This document shows, one piece after another, positions 7,991-16,517 of a stretch of 54,856 nucleotides of DNA. The stretch comes from Fusobacteriaceae bacterium. GTDB lineage: Bacteria; Fusobacteriota; Fusobacteriia; Fusobacteriales; Fusobacteriaceae. Each line of letters begins with the position of its first letter. Positions within the stretch are counted from its first letter, which is position 1. A program made the translations under genes and the position numbers. The notes beneath the pieces were generated by a model. The model was not told the origin of the DNA. It did not search any database and saw nothing but the letters and a program-made list of their open reading frames with translations. Where the stretch lies: the NCBI GenBank assembly GCA_017988045.1, contig JAGNSM010000001.1, forward strand, positions 1-54,856. Reading direction: 5' to 3'.

Positions 7991-10822
7991 TTATTTAGTT
8001 TCACTCCAATTATTACCATAAGCTCCATTAACTTTTAACTTAACATCTGGTAATACTACACTCGATTCCATTGTATGTTTTATTTTCTCCATATAAAAAT
8101 CAATTTTATCATTTCTTATTTCAAATACAAGTTCATCGTGTACTTGTAAATTCATAAAAATCTCTTCTTTACCTTTTAATTCTTCATAAAGTTTAACCAT
8201 TACAATTTTTAATATATCAGCAGCACTTCCTTGAATAACAGTATTTACCGCCATTCTTTCCCCTGCATTTCTCAAATTCTTATTATTTGATTTTAATTCA
8301 GGAATACTTCTTTTTCTTCCATATATAGTTTCAACATATCCTTTTTTCTCTGCATCTTCAATAATTTTAGTTTCCAATTCCTTAACTTTTGGATACTCAG
8401 CAAAATATCTTTCAATATAAAGTTTTGCATCACTTTGAGAAATCCCTAATTCTTTAGCCAGTCCAAATGCAGTTTTTCCATATATAATACTAAAATTTAC
8501 TATTTTTGCAACTGAACGCATTTCTCTAGTTACTTCTTCTTCATCTTTAACAGCAAATATTTTTCTTGCAGTCAAATCATGTAAATCCAAATCATTATTA
8601 TAAGCTGTAATCAAATTTTCATCTTTACTTACTGAGGCTAATACTCTTAACTCAATTTGTGAATAGTCAAAAGAAGCTAATGTATATCCCTCTCTTGCAA
8701 CAAATCCTTCTCTTATTCTCGCTCCATCATCTGAACGAGCTGGAATATTTTGAAGATTAGGGTCACTAGAAGATAATCTTCCTGTTGCTGTTCCTGTCTG
8801 ATTAAAAGTAGTATGAATTCTTCCGTTTCTATCAGCCAATTTAGGTAAAGCTTCTACATAAGTGCTTTGAAGTTTTGTCAATTTTCTAAAATCTAAAAGA
8901 TATTCTGCTATTTTTTCTCCTTTAAATTTCAGTTCCTCTAAAACCTCTTCATCAACAGAATAACCTGTTTTAGTTTTCTTTGCTGTAGGAACTTTCATTA
9001 GTTCAAATAAAACTATCCCAAGTTGTTTAGGCGAAGCTATATTGAATTCAAAAGCCTTACTTAACAGTTCTTTGTCTGAAACATTAACAACTGTCTCCAT
9101 AAACATGTTAAGGTCTGATTTCTTTTTATAAATCAATTTTCCTATTTCTTCATAGAATTCTCTGATGTTATATTCTGAAACAATTAGCATTTCTAAGTTA
9201 AATCTAACTCTATTCAAAAATTCTTCATATATATTTGGACTCAAACTCTCTATTCTTTTTCTAAGTTCAATTTCGTAATTTTTAAAAAATTCTATATCAA
9301 TTTTTACACCATTAATTTCCATACTTGAAAGCACTTTCAATAGTGGCATCTCTACTTCAAAAAACAGTTTATCCAAGTTTTCTTTTTCTAGTTTTTCTGA
9401 TAACAATTCATAAATATCTATTAATTTATCTAATACTTCAAAACTAAATTTAGAAAACTCTTCTTCTGTTACACTATTTTCCTCTTTATTCAAAATTGAC
9501 ATATTCATATTCTCTAAAAGAGTTGTTTCAATTATCATACTTAAATCATCTCTAGTATTTGCTGTCAAAAGATAATTAGCGATTGCTATGTCAAAATAAA
9601 GATTTTCAATATAAAATTCTTTATTAAGTATTGTTTTTGCGTTATAAGTTATAACTTTATTTCCTTTTTGAAAGTATGGTTTAACTAATTCTAATGAAAA
9701 ATTATTAGCTCCCAAATAAAAATGTTTTGTTGGAATATATACACTTTCTTTTAGATTACTTAATGATAATCCAAACTTTCCGCTATATAAAAACACTTTT
9801 TCGCTATTAAAAACTCTATCTAATATTTCATTTAATTCTTTGTCAGTTTTAGGAATACAAAATACTTTTTCTATTTTTTCTTTAGTATCTTCTACCTTAT
9901 CACTAATTTCTGTACTAACTTCCATAACTTGTTTTTCTTTCAAATCAAGCTTTTTAATTAAAGATTTCATATCACAATCCATAAAAAGTTCAAAAAGAAT
10001 GCTATCTTCTCTAGTATTTTTTGTTTCTTCCAAAATAAATTCTAAGGGAACATCAAGTTCAATCACAGCAAGTTCTCTGCTCAAAAATGCCATATCTTTA
10101 TCTTCAATAATATTTTGGATAAGTCCCTTTCCTATCCCAGGAATTTCAGAAAGTTTATCAATATTTTCATAAATCCCCTCTAAATTTCCATACTTTTCTA
10201 ACATAGGAATCGCTTTTTTTTCTCCAACTTTTCTAACTCCGGGAATACCATCTGAAGTATCTCCTATAAGTCCGAATAAATCGGGTATCATATCAGGTGT
10301 CACTCCCAGTTGCTCTACTACATCAGCATCTGTTCTTATTAATTTTGTTTTACTTTTCCCTTCGCCTTTTCCAAGTAAAGCAATATTAATATTCCCATCT
10401 ATTATTTGCGACAAATCTTTATCGCCTGTTGCAACAAAGCTTTCAATTCCTAAAGCAGAATATTTTTTGGCAAGAGTCCCAAGTACATCATCTGCTTCAT
10501 GACCTTCTACCCTATATTTTTTTATTCCAAATCCATCCAATAATTTTTCTATTTTTGGCACTTGTTCCAACAAATCTTCTGGCATTGGCTTTCTTTGTGC
10601 TTTATATTCAGAAAATTTTTCCGTTCTTTTTAAACTACTTCTTTTATTATCAAAAGCTGCAATTATATAATCTGGTTCATACTCTTCTATCAAATTAAGA
10701 AGCATATTTGTAAATCCAAATATCGCCCCTGTTGCTTCACCTTTACTATTACTCATATTAATTAAAGAAAAATATGCTCTATACATCATGGCACTAACAT
10801 CCAATAATAATGCTTTTTTCAT
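7991..10822 (-). CDS. polA: DNA polymerase I
   Basis: 943 aa. N-terminal 5'-3' exonuclease/FEN domain, a middle 3'-5' exo-like domain that lacks the DxE motif, and C-terminal family A polymerase motifs (DYSQIELRVLA, RSVAKIVNFSIIYG, QVHDELVFE). Confidence 0.95.
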   Translation of the reverse strand: MKKALLLDVSAMMYRAYFSLINMSNSKGEATGAIFGFTNMLLNLIEEYEPDYIIAAFDNKRSSLKRTEKFSEYKAQRKPMPEDLLEQVPKIEKLLDGFGIKKYRVEGHEADDVLGTLAKKYSALGIESFVATGDKDLSQIIDGNINIALLGKGEGKSKTKLIRTDADVVEQLGVTPDMIPDLFGLIGDTSDGIPGVRKVGEKKAIPMLEKYGNLEGIYENIDKLSEIPGIGKGLIQNIIEDKDMAFLSRELAVIELDVPLEFILEETKNTREDSILFELFMDCDMKSLIKKLDLKEKQVMEVSTEISDKVEDTKEKIEKVFCIPKTDKELNEILDRVFNSEKVFLYSGKFGLSLSNLKESVYIPTKHFYLGANNFSLELVKPYFQKGNKVITYNAKTILNKEFYIENLYFDIAIANYLLTANTRDDLSMIIETTLLENMNMSILNKEENSVTEEEFSKFSFEVLDKLIDIYELLSEKLEKENLDKLFFEVEMPLLKVLSSMEINGVKIDIEFFKNYEIELRKRIESLSPNIYEEFLNRVRFNLEMLIVSEYNIREFYEEIGKLIYKKKSDLNMFMETVVNVSDKELLSKAFEFNIASPKQLGIVLFELMKVPTAKKTKTGYSVDEEVLEELKFKGEKIAEYLLDFRKLTKLQSTYVEALPKLADRNGRIHTTFNQTGTATGRLSSSDPNLQNIPARSDDGARIREGFVAREGYTLASFDYSQIELRVLASVSKDENLITAYNNDLDLHDLTARKIFAVKDEEEVTREMRSVAKIVNFSIIYGKTAFGLAKELGISQSDAKLYIERYFAEYPKVKELETKIIEDAEKKGYVETIYGRKRSIPELKSNNKNLRNAGERMAVNTVIQGSAADILKIVMVKLYEELKGKEEIFMNLQVHDELVFEIRNDKIDFYMEKIKHTMESSVVLPDVKLKVNGAYGNNWSETK

Positions 10823-11023
10823 TTATCCATCACCTTCCAAATTTAGGTTTATCTTATAAAGTATATCATAAAACGTATATAAAATATAGCATAGATTAGA
10901 AATTGTAAATGACATAAATATTTTTTATAAAATAATTTTTTTAAATATATTTTCTACAGCTCTTGTATTTGTGAAAAAAAAGAATTAAAATTAATTATAT
11001 TCCATGCTACAAGGAGGATTATT

Positions 11024-11562
11024 TTGAGATTAAATATATTTATATTAGGTGCTTTAGCTGAAACTCCTTTATCTCTTGATTCTTTAATTACTCTATCCAA
11101 AAAAGTTAGAATTAATAAGTGGATGGATTTTTCTGAAGAAATTCTTTACGAAAGAATTAATTTACTTAAAAACACTAATCTTCTTAACAAATCAGAAAAC
11201 AATCAAAATTTTATTCCGACAGAAATGGGGTATAGTTATTATAAATTTCAAATCAAATCTTATTTAACAGAAAAAAATATCAATATTGGGATGCTTATAC
11301 TTTCATTAACATTTTCAAATCATTTTGATTCAAACGAATTTAATTTTTTAGTCAAAAAAAAATAGAAGCCCTTGAGACTTCTGTTGAAAATATATCTACT
11401 TTAGTTCACCATGAATATCTAAGTAATATTTACAATCTTTGCTTAAATTCATTCTTATTATTAGCAAACAATGAAATTTATATTTTAAGGCTATTTTTAA
11501 GTTATGAAAAAAACAATGTTTCAATAGAGCCTCTAATTAATGTTCTTTGCAACGAAGAATAA
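11024..11562 (+). pseudogene. PadR-like winged-helix regulator split by a frameshift at an A9 tract (pseudogene, phase-variable gene or sequencing error)
   Basis: TTG start with RBS AAGGAGG. Frame 1 (11024-11365, 113 aa) stops right after A9. The -1 frame continues open from 11362 to TAA 11560-11562 (IEALETSVENISTLVHHEYLSNIYNLCLNSFLLLANNEIYILRLFLSYEKNNVSIEPLINVLCNEE), followed at once by a terminator. The PadR resemblance is weak and from memory. Confidence 0.45.
11354..11362 (+). repeat. A9 homopolymer at the frameshift point
   Basis: gtcAAAAAAAAAtag. Adding one A (A10), or a -1 slip, fuses the two reading frames. Confidence 0.9.
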
Positions 11563-11588
11563 AGCTAGGTTTTTCCCTAGCTTTTTTA
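11561..11588. terminator. Bidirectional terminator between the PadR-like and XRE-S24 genes
   Basis: Stem AGCTAGG (11563-11569) pairs with CCTAGCT (11576-11582), followed by TTTTT. Confidence 0.6.
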
Positions 11589-12296
11589 ACTTACTATAGC
11601 TTTCCAAAACTTACCTATAACACCAAATTCTGTATATTCATCTACAATAATTGGTTCATGTTCTATATTTAAGCTAGTCAAAATTACTCTACCACTTTTA
11701 TCTTTATTGAATATTTTTATAACTGTTTTATTATCTACAACAAAGACTCCTATCTCTTTATTTTCTGGAGTTATTCCCGGTTTTACTAAAACTATGTCAC
11801 CCTCATGAAACTTAGGCTCCATTGAATCGCCTTTAACCTCAATTCCTATTAAATCTCCACGTACTCTAGGGAGAGGTATGTTAAGCTCATACAATGGTTC
11901 TGGCATGTTTTCTACTTCATTTAATCCTGCTCTAACATATGAATATACTGGCACTGAATAATAACTATCATCTTCTGTAAATGATATTTCTGAACTACTA
12001 TTTTTCATTCTGTTCAGCTCACTATTTAGCTTACTCAATTCTTTTTTTGCTTTTTCAAATTCTTGAATAACCAAATTAGGAGTTTTTGCATATGCTATGA
12101 TTTTTTGAAGTTCCTTTTCCTTCTCTTTAGAAAGTTTATAAAAATTAAACAATTTTTCAATTATTTTATCTGAAGGTGCTATTTTTTCATTCTCTATATC
12201 ATGCAAATATGATTTTGATACTCCTGTTTTTTCACTCAACTCAATCAAAGTTAATTCTTTTTCATCTCTCATTTCTTTAAAAAATTTCCCGAACAT
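11586..12296 (-). CDS. XRE-family HTH plus S24 (LexA/CI-like) self-cleaving peptidase-domain repressor
   Basis: 236 aa. N-terminal HTH LTLIELSEKTGVSKSYLHDIENEK and a coiled linker. Candidate Ala-Gly cleavage site in YVRAGLNE, Ser nucleophile in KGDSMEP, Lys in KTVIKIF. Confidence 0.8.
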   Translation of the reverse strand: MFGKFFKEMRDEKELTLIELSEKTGVSKSYLHDIENEKIAPSDKIIEKLFNFYKLSKEKEKELQKIIAYAKTPNLVIQEFEKAKKELSKLNSELNRMKNSSSEISFTEDDSYYSVPVYSYVRAGLNEVENMPEPLYELNIPLPRVRGDLIGIEVKGDSMEPKFHEGDIVLVKPGITPENKEIGVFVVDNKTVIKIFNKDKSGRVILTSLNIEHEPIIVDEYTEFGVIGKFWKAIVS

Positions 12297-12322
12297 AATT
12301 CCCTCCTTATATTTCTAAATAT

Positions 12323-12350
12323 ATTATACTATACTTTCCAAAAATATCAA
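12323..12350 (-). promoter_or_regulatory. Putative promoter of the XRE-S24 repressor gene
   Basis: Minus strand: TTGATA (12345-12350), 16-nt spacer, TATAAT (12323-12328). RBS AAGGAGGG follows. Confidence 0.35.
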
Positions 12351-12379
12351 AAAATATTTTTTAATTAACGGAAAAATTG

Positions 12380-12408
12380 TTGCTAATTTTTGGTTTATAA
12401 TGTATATT
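12380..12408 (+). promoter_or_regulatory. Putative promoter of the divergent small HTH gene
   Basis: TTGCTA (12380-12385), 17-nt spacer, TATATT (12403-12408). It sits back to back with the repressor promoter. Confidence 0.3.
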
Positions 12409-12445
12409 AAATTATAGTTCGTAAAATAGCGGAAAGGGTGGTTGT

Positions 12446-12661
12446 ATGAATCAATATAATTTAGCTCAAAATATACTTATGCTTTTAGAAAAAAACAATA
12501 AAAATATCAAGGAACTTGCTACTGCACTTGATGTTCAGCCCAAATATTTAAAGCAAAAACTCCATAAAATGATAAAATCAAAAGATGAAAGTTTTTCTTT
12601 CAATCATTTTTTATCTACATTAGAATTTTTTGACGTTACTTTAGGAGAGTTCGTTCTATAA
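12446..12661 (+). CDS. Small Cro/XRE-like HTH protein
   Basis: 71 aa. RBS AAAGGGTGG. HTH-like segment NIKELATALDVQPKYLKQKL. Divergent from the S24 repressor and followed by a strong terminator. Confidence 0.55.
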   Translation: MNQYNLAQNILMLLEKNNKNIKELATALDVQPKYLKQKLHKMIKSKDESFSFNHFLSTLEFFDVTLGEFVL

Positions 12662-12707
12662 TTTTACAATTCTTTTCCTTATTTTAATGGAAAATTTTAT
12701 TAATAAA

Positions 12708-12738
12708 TTAGGAGATTTTTACATCTCCTAATTTTTTT
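12708..12738. terminator. Bidirectional terminator (small HTH gene / glgB)
   Basis: Stem TTAGGAGAT (12708-12716) pairs with ATCTCCTAA (12723-12731), 6-nt loop, then T7. Confidence 0.65.
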
Positions 12739-14923
12739 ATTTCTTTAATCTATAAATTACTGCTCCTAGTGGAGGTATATTCACAGAAATTGCTTGTTTT
12801 TGATTATGTATTTCATATTTTTGTGTTGTTACTTCATATTGCCTTTCAAAGTTACTTCCATAAAATTCAATATCATCAGAATTAAGAACTTCCTCATAAG
12901 TACCTTCTGTGCTAACTCCAAATTTATATCCATAATGAACCTCTGGTGTAAAGTTGAAAATACAAATTAATTTATCTCCAGCTTTATTTTTTCTAGTAAA
13001 GGCTAATATACTATTTTGTTGATCTTGATAGTCTATCCATTCAAAACCATTGCCACTATAATCTACTTCCCATAGTTCATTATTTAATTTATATACTTCA
13101 TTTAATTTTTTAATAAATTTTTGCATTTTATGATGCGGCTCTTCATTAGTAAGGTGCCAATCTAAACTAGCATTACAATTCCATTCTTTCCATTGACCAA
13201 ATTCACTACCCATAAAAAATAATTTTTTACCGGGATGACAATATGCATAAGTATAAAATAATCTTAAATTAGCGAACTTTTGCCACAAATCACCTGGCAT
13301 TTTATCAATTAAAGACCTTTTTCCATGTACGACTTCGTCATGTGAAATTACCAATTTAAAGTTTTCAGAAAAAGCATAAACCAATGAAAAAGTTAAATCA
13401 TGTTGATGATATTTTCTGTATACAGGATCTTTTTTAATATATTCAAGAGTATCGTTCATCCATCCCATATTCCATTTCATATCAAACCCAAGCCCACCTA
13501 ATTCTGTAGGTTTAGAAACTCCTGCAAAGGCTGTAGACTCTTCTGCTATTGTTAAAATTCCTGGATAATATTTGTGAGTTATTGAATTGAAATATTTTAA
13601 AAATTCTATTGCTTCAAGATTTTCTCTTCCACCATATTGGTTTGGAACCCAAGAACCACTATCTCTAGAATAATCTAAGTAAAGCATACTTGCTACTGCA
13701 TCTACTCTTAAACCATCAATATGATATTTATCCATCCAAAATAAGGCATTTGCAATAAGAAAATTCTTTACTTCATTTCTACCAAAATTTGGAATATATG
13801 TTCCCCAGTCCATATGCTCACCTTGTCTTGGATCTTCATGTTCATACAAAGCTGAACCATCATATCTTCCTAATCCAAAGGCATCTTTTGGATAATGACC
13901 TGGTACCCAATCTAATATTATTCCTAAATTATTCTCATGCAATAGATTCACAAAATACATAAATTCTTCTGGAGTTCCAAAACGACTTGTAACTGCATAG
14001 TATCCTGTGACTTGATATCCCCATGATTCATCTAAAGGGTGTTCAGAAACAGGCATTATTTCAATATGTGTGTAATTATGTTCTAACAAATAATTTAATA
14101 AATCATGTGCTAATTCTTTATATGTTAAAAATTGATTATCATCTTTTCTTTTATATGAACCTAAATGAACTTCGTAAACTGACATAGGTTTTTCTAACCA
14201 GTTAGTAGTTTTTCTTCTTTCTAACCAATCTGTATCATTCCATTCAAATTTGTTGTCTAATTCATAAACTACACAAGCATTTGCTGGTCTTTTTTCAAAG
14301 AAAAATGCATATGGATCAATTTTTGTAAAAATATCACCATTTTTTGCTTTGATTTCAAATTTATACAAATCTCCTTCTTCAATGCCAGGTATAAACAACT
14401 CCCAGACACCTGAGGCTCCTCTCATCCTCATTTGATGAGTTCTACCATCCCAGTTATTGAAGTTTCCTACAACACTCACTCTTTTAGCTTGTGGAGCCCA
14501 AACAGCAAAGGTAACCCCTTTAGCTCCTCCATGAGTAATAGAATGTGCTCCTAGTTTTTCATATACTTTATGATGATTTCCTTCTCCTATTAAGAATAAA
14601 TCATATTCTGTAAGTACTGGTAAAAAACTATATGGGTCTTTTGTTCTATAAGTTCCACCATTATTGTATTTATATTCTAATTTATAAGATTTTAGAACTT
14701 TTGATTCTATAACTAGTTCAAAAACTCCTTCCTTTGCTAATCTATTCATTGAAAAATGTTTTCCATCTAAAATGACATCAACATTAGCAGCTTCTGGATT
14801 AAAAACTCTAACAACTATTCTTTTATCATCAACTTTGTGCATTCCAAGAAAAATAAATGGATCAGCCAGTTCACTATTTACTATCCTTTCCAATTCTCTT
14901 TGAGTCAAAATCATTCTGTGCAT
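12737..14923 (-). CDS. glgB: 1,4-alpha-glucan branching enzyme
   Basis: GH13 motifs DWVPGHYP, GLRVDAVASMLY, ISHDEVVHGK, plus an N-terminal CBM48-like region. The start is ambiguous: ATG 14923 (RBS GGGGGA) is preferred, and ATG 14968 (RBS GAGGAG, ORF-track start) lies inside a hairpin. Confidence 0.9.
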   Translation of the reverse strand: MHRMILTQRELERIVNSELADPFIFLGMHKVDDKRIVVRVFNPEAANVDVILDGKHFSMNRLAKEGVFELVIESKVLKSYKLEYKYNNGGTYRTKDPYSFLPVLTEYDLFLIGEGNHHKVYEKLGAHSITHGGAKGVTFAVWAPQAKRVSVVGNFNNWDGRTHQMRMRGASGVWELFIPGIEEGDLYKFEIKAKNGDIFTKIDPYAFFFEKRPANACVVYELDNKFEWNDTDWLERRKTTNWLEKPMSVYEVHLGSYKRKDDNQFLTYKELAHDLLNYLLEHNYTHIEIMPVSEHPLDESWGYQVTGYYAVTSRFGTPEEFMYFVNLLHENNLGIILDWVPGHYPKDAFGLGRYDGSALYEHEDPRQGEHMDWGTYIPNFGRNEVKNFLIANALFWMDKYHIDGLRVDAVASMLYLDYSRDSGSWVPNQYGGRENLEAIEFLKYFNSITHKYYPGILTIAEESTAFAGVSKPTELGGLGFDMKWNMGWMNDTLEYIKKDPVYRKYHQHDLTFSLVYAFSENFKLVISHDEVVHGKRSLIDKMPGDLWQKFANLRLFYTYAYCHPGKKLFFMGSEFGQWKEWNCNASLDWHLTNEEPHHKMQKFIKKLNEVYKLNNELWEVDYSGNGFEWIDYQDQQNSILAFTRKNKAGDKLICIFNFTPEVHYGYKFGVSTEGTYEEVLNSDDIEFYGSNFERQYEVTTQKYEIHNQKQAISVNIPPLGAVIYRLKK

Positions 14924-14947
14924 AAGAATCCCCCTAATATTTAAAAT

Positions 14948-14972
14948 TAAAAATGCCCTACAGGGCATTTTT
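14948..14972 (-). terminator. Terminator-like hairpin downstream of dnaN and in the glgB leader
   Basis: AAAATGCC...GGCATTTT palindrome followed by a T-run on the minus strand. Contains the upstream in-frame ATG 14968. Confidence 0.45.
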
Positions 14973-14985
14973 ACTCCTCGATTTT

Positions 14986-15014
14986 ATTATACTTTAAGAA
15001 ATCTCAAATTACAA
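14986..15014 (-). promoter_or_regulatory. Putative glgB promoter
   Basis: Minus strand: TTGTAA (15009-15014), 17-nt spacer, TATAAT (14986-14991). Confidence 0.35.
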
Positions 15015-15039
15015 ACTTTTAAGAAAAGTTTTTCAATTT

Positions 15040-16164
15040 TTATTCATCTCTTAAAGCTAGAGGCATGGTAATATATAAATAATTTTCAACTTCTTCATTT
15101 TTAAGAAGTACAGTACCCCTTGAATTTGAAAGTTTAATAATTGTTTTTTTATTTTTATCTAGATTTTGTAAAAAATCTAAAAGATATTTAACATTTAGCT
15201 GAATTTTAAGGTCTTCTCCATCTTTTTTCAAGATTATATCTTCTTTTATTTTACCACTTTCAGAGATTCCTTCTATTAAGAATTTTTCTCCTTCTAAGTA
15301 AAATATAGCTCCACCTTTAGAATCGCTATTATTTTTTACAAATACAAATACTCTTTTTAATACATTAATAAATTCTTCTGTATCAATAGTAATTGTTTTA
15401 TTAAACACTCCATTAGAAACTAGATTTTTAAAATCTGGATAAGGTAAATCAATAACTCTACTTAATAGATTTATTTTCTCAATTTCAAATGAAATTTGAT
15501 TTCCTTTGAAATTAAGTTTTACAAACTCATCTCCTACAGATTTTAATGTATTTATAAGGGCTTCAACACTATTTAACGGCAAACTTATTCTTGTGTCTCC
15601 ATTATATGCATCTTCTAGTCTTTCTTCCAAATAAACCAATCTAAAACTATCTGTAGCTGCCATTTGAATTTTACCATCATAAAGTTCTATCCTAACACAG
15701 TTATTAGCAACACTATCGGTAGAAATATTAGCAGCAAACTTAACTTTTTCCAAACTTTCTAGTAAGAATTCTCTTCCTATTTCATAAGTTTGACCTTCTA
15801 CCTTAGTTTCTATAAAAGGATACTCACTTGATTCAAATAAAGTAAATTCTGATGTAGAATTTTCTGTTTCTATTAGAAGAGTTCCATTTATTTCCACTAT
15901 TTGTATCTCTTCATCTCCAATTTCTTTCAAATACTCATCAACAAGTTGTGGGCTAAATACAATTTCCCCTTCACTTTCGATAGCTCCAAACATAAAATTA
16001 GATATAGTTAAATCCATATCAGTACCTTTTAAAGTAATAACATCATTTTTAGCCTCTAAATAAACACCACTAATTACAGGTCTTATTTTATTATCAGAAA
16101 TTGCTTTGCTAACCAATCTGATTCCCTTTAAAAATTTATTTCTATTAACTCTTATGTTCAGCAT
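15040..16164 (-). CDS. dnaN: DNA polymerase III beta sliding clamp
   Basis: 374 aa. Three-domain clamp-like sequence (KFLKGIRLVSKAISDNKIRPVISGVYLEA...ATDSFRLV...). RBS AGGAGA. Confidence 0.9.
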   Translation of the reverse strand: MLNIRVNRNKFLKGIRLVSKAISDNKIRPVISGVYLEAKNDVITLKGTDMDLTISNFMFGAIESEGEIVFSPQLVDEYLKEIGDEEIQIVEINGTLLIETENSTSEFTLFESSEYPFIETKVEGQTYEIGREFLLESLEKVKFAANISTDSVANNCVRIELYDGKIQMAATDSFRLVYLEERLEDAYNGDTRISLPLNSVEALINTLKSVGDEFVKLNFKGNQISFEIEKINLLSRVIDLPYPDFKNLVSNGVFNKTITIDTEEFINVLKRVFVFVKNNSDSKGGAIFYLEGEKFLIEGISESGKIKEDIILKKDGEDLKIQLNVKYLLDFLQNLDKNKKTIIKLSNSRGTVLLKNEEVENYLYITMPLALRDE

Positions 16165-16176
16165 AATATCTCCTGT

Positions 16177-16506
16177 CTATTTCATTGCATCTTGTAAGTT
16201 ATTATAAATACTAAAAAACTTTGTAAGTCTAGTCAAATCAAAAATTTTCTTTACACTTACTGGAAGCGAAATTAATTTTAAATCTCCACCTATTTTTCTT
16301 AACTCTTTTAACAAAGCTACTAAAACACCTAAACCTGAACTATCCATATAATTTACATTTTCTAAATCAATTATTATTTTCTTTTGATTAACTTCTATTA
16401 ATCTTGTTAGTTCTTTTTTTAAATCTATAGACGTGTAAACATCTACTTCTCCTTCAATTTTAACCAATAATTCTCCACTTTCGAGATTATTTGATATAAT
16501 TTTCAT
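16177..16506 (-). CDS. Anti-sigma factor antagonist (STAS domain, SpoIIAA/RsbV-like)
   Basis: 109 aa. The conserved phospho-serine motif DLENVNYMDSSGLGVLV is present. RBS GAGGTGAG. Confidence 0.8.
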   Translation of the reverse strand: MKIISNNLESGELLVKIEGEVDVYTSIDLKKELTRLIEVNQKKIIIDLENVNYMDSSGLGVLVALLKELRKIGGDLKLISLPVSVKKIFDLTRLTKFFSIYNNLQDAMK

Positions 16507-16517
16507 GTACTCACCTC

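Noticed and set aside
9840-10698. Plus-strand ORFs of 110 and 89 aa inside polA
   Set aside because: They are antisense to polA with low-complexity translations. The same applies to 4117-4305 (murJ), 6400-6669 (ribF), 16863-17066 and 17248-17460 (sigma), 19163-19384, 20402-20713, 26771-27073 and 27695-27922 (tamB), 32518-32721, 33470-33730, 33866-34051, 34268-34453, 36151-36480, 39939-40247, 42537-42740, 50626-50826 and 52876-53058.
10823-12736. Possible prophage or mobile-element remnant between polA and glgB
   Set aside because: The interval holds only three small regulator genes. There is no integrase, transposase, att-like direct repeat or structural gene, so I describe it as a regulator islet and not a mobile element.
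14924-14968. 15-aa N-terminal extension of GlgB (MPCRAFLILNIRGIL) from the ORF-track start
   Set aside because: The ATG lies inside a stable terminator-like hairpin, and the extension is unlike GlgB N-termini. It is kept only as an alternative start because it does have a GAGGAG RBS.
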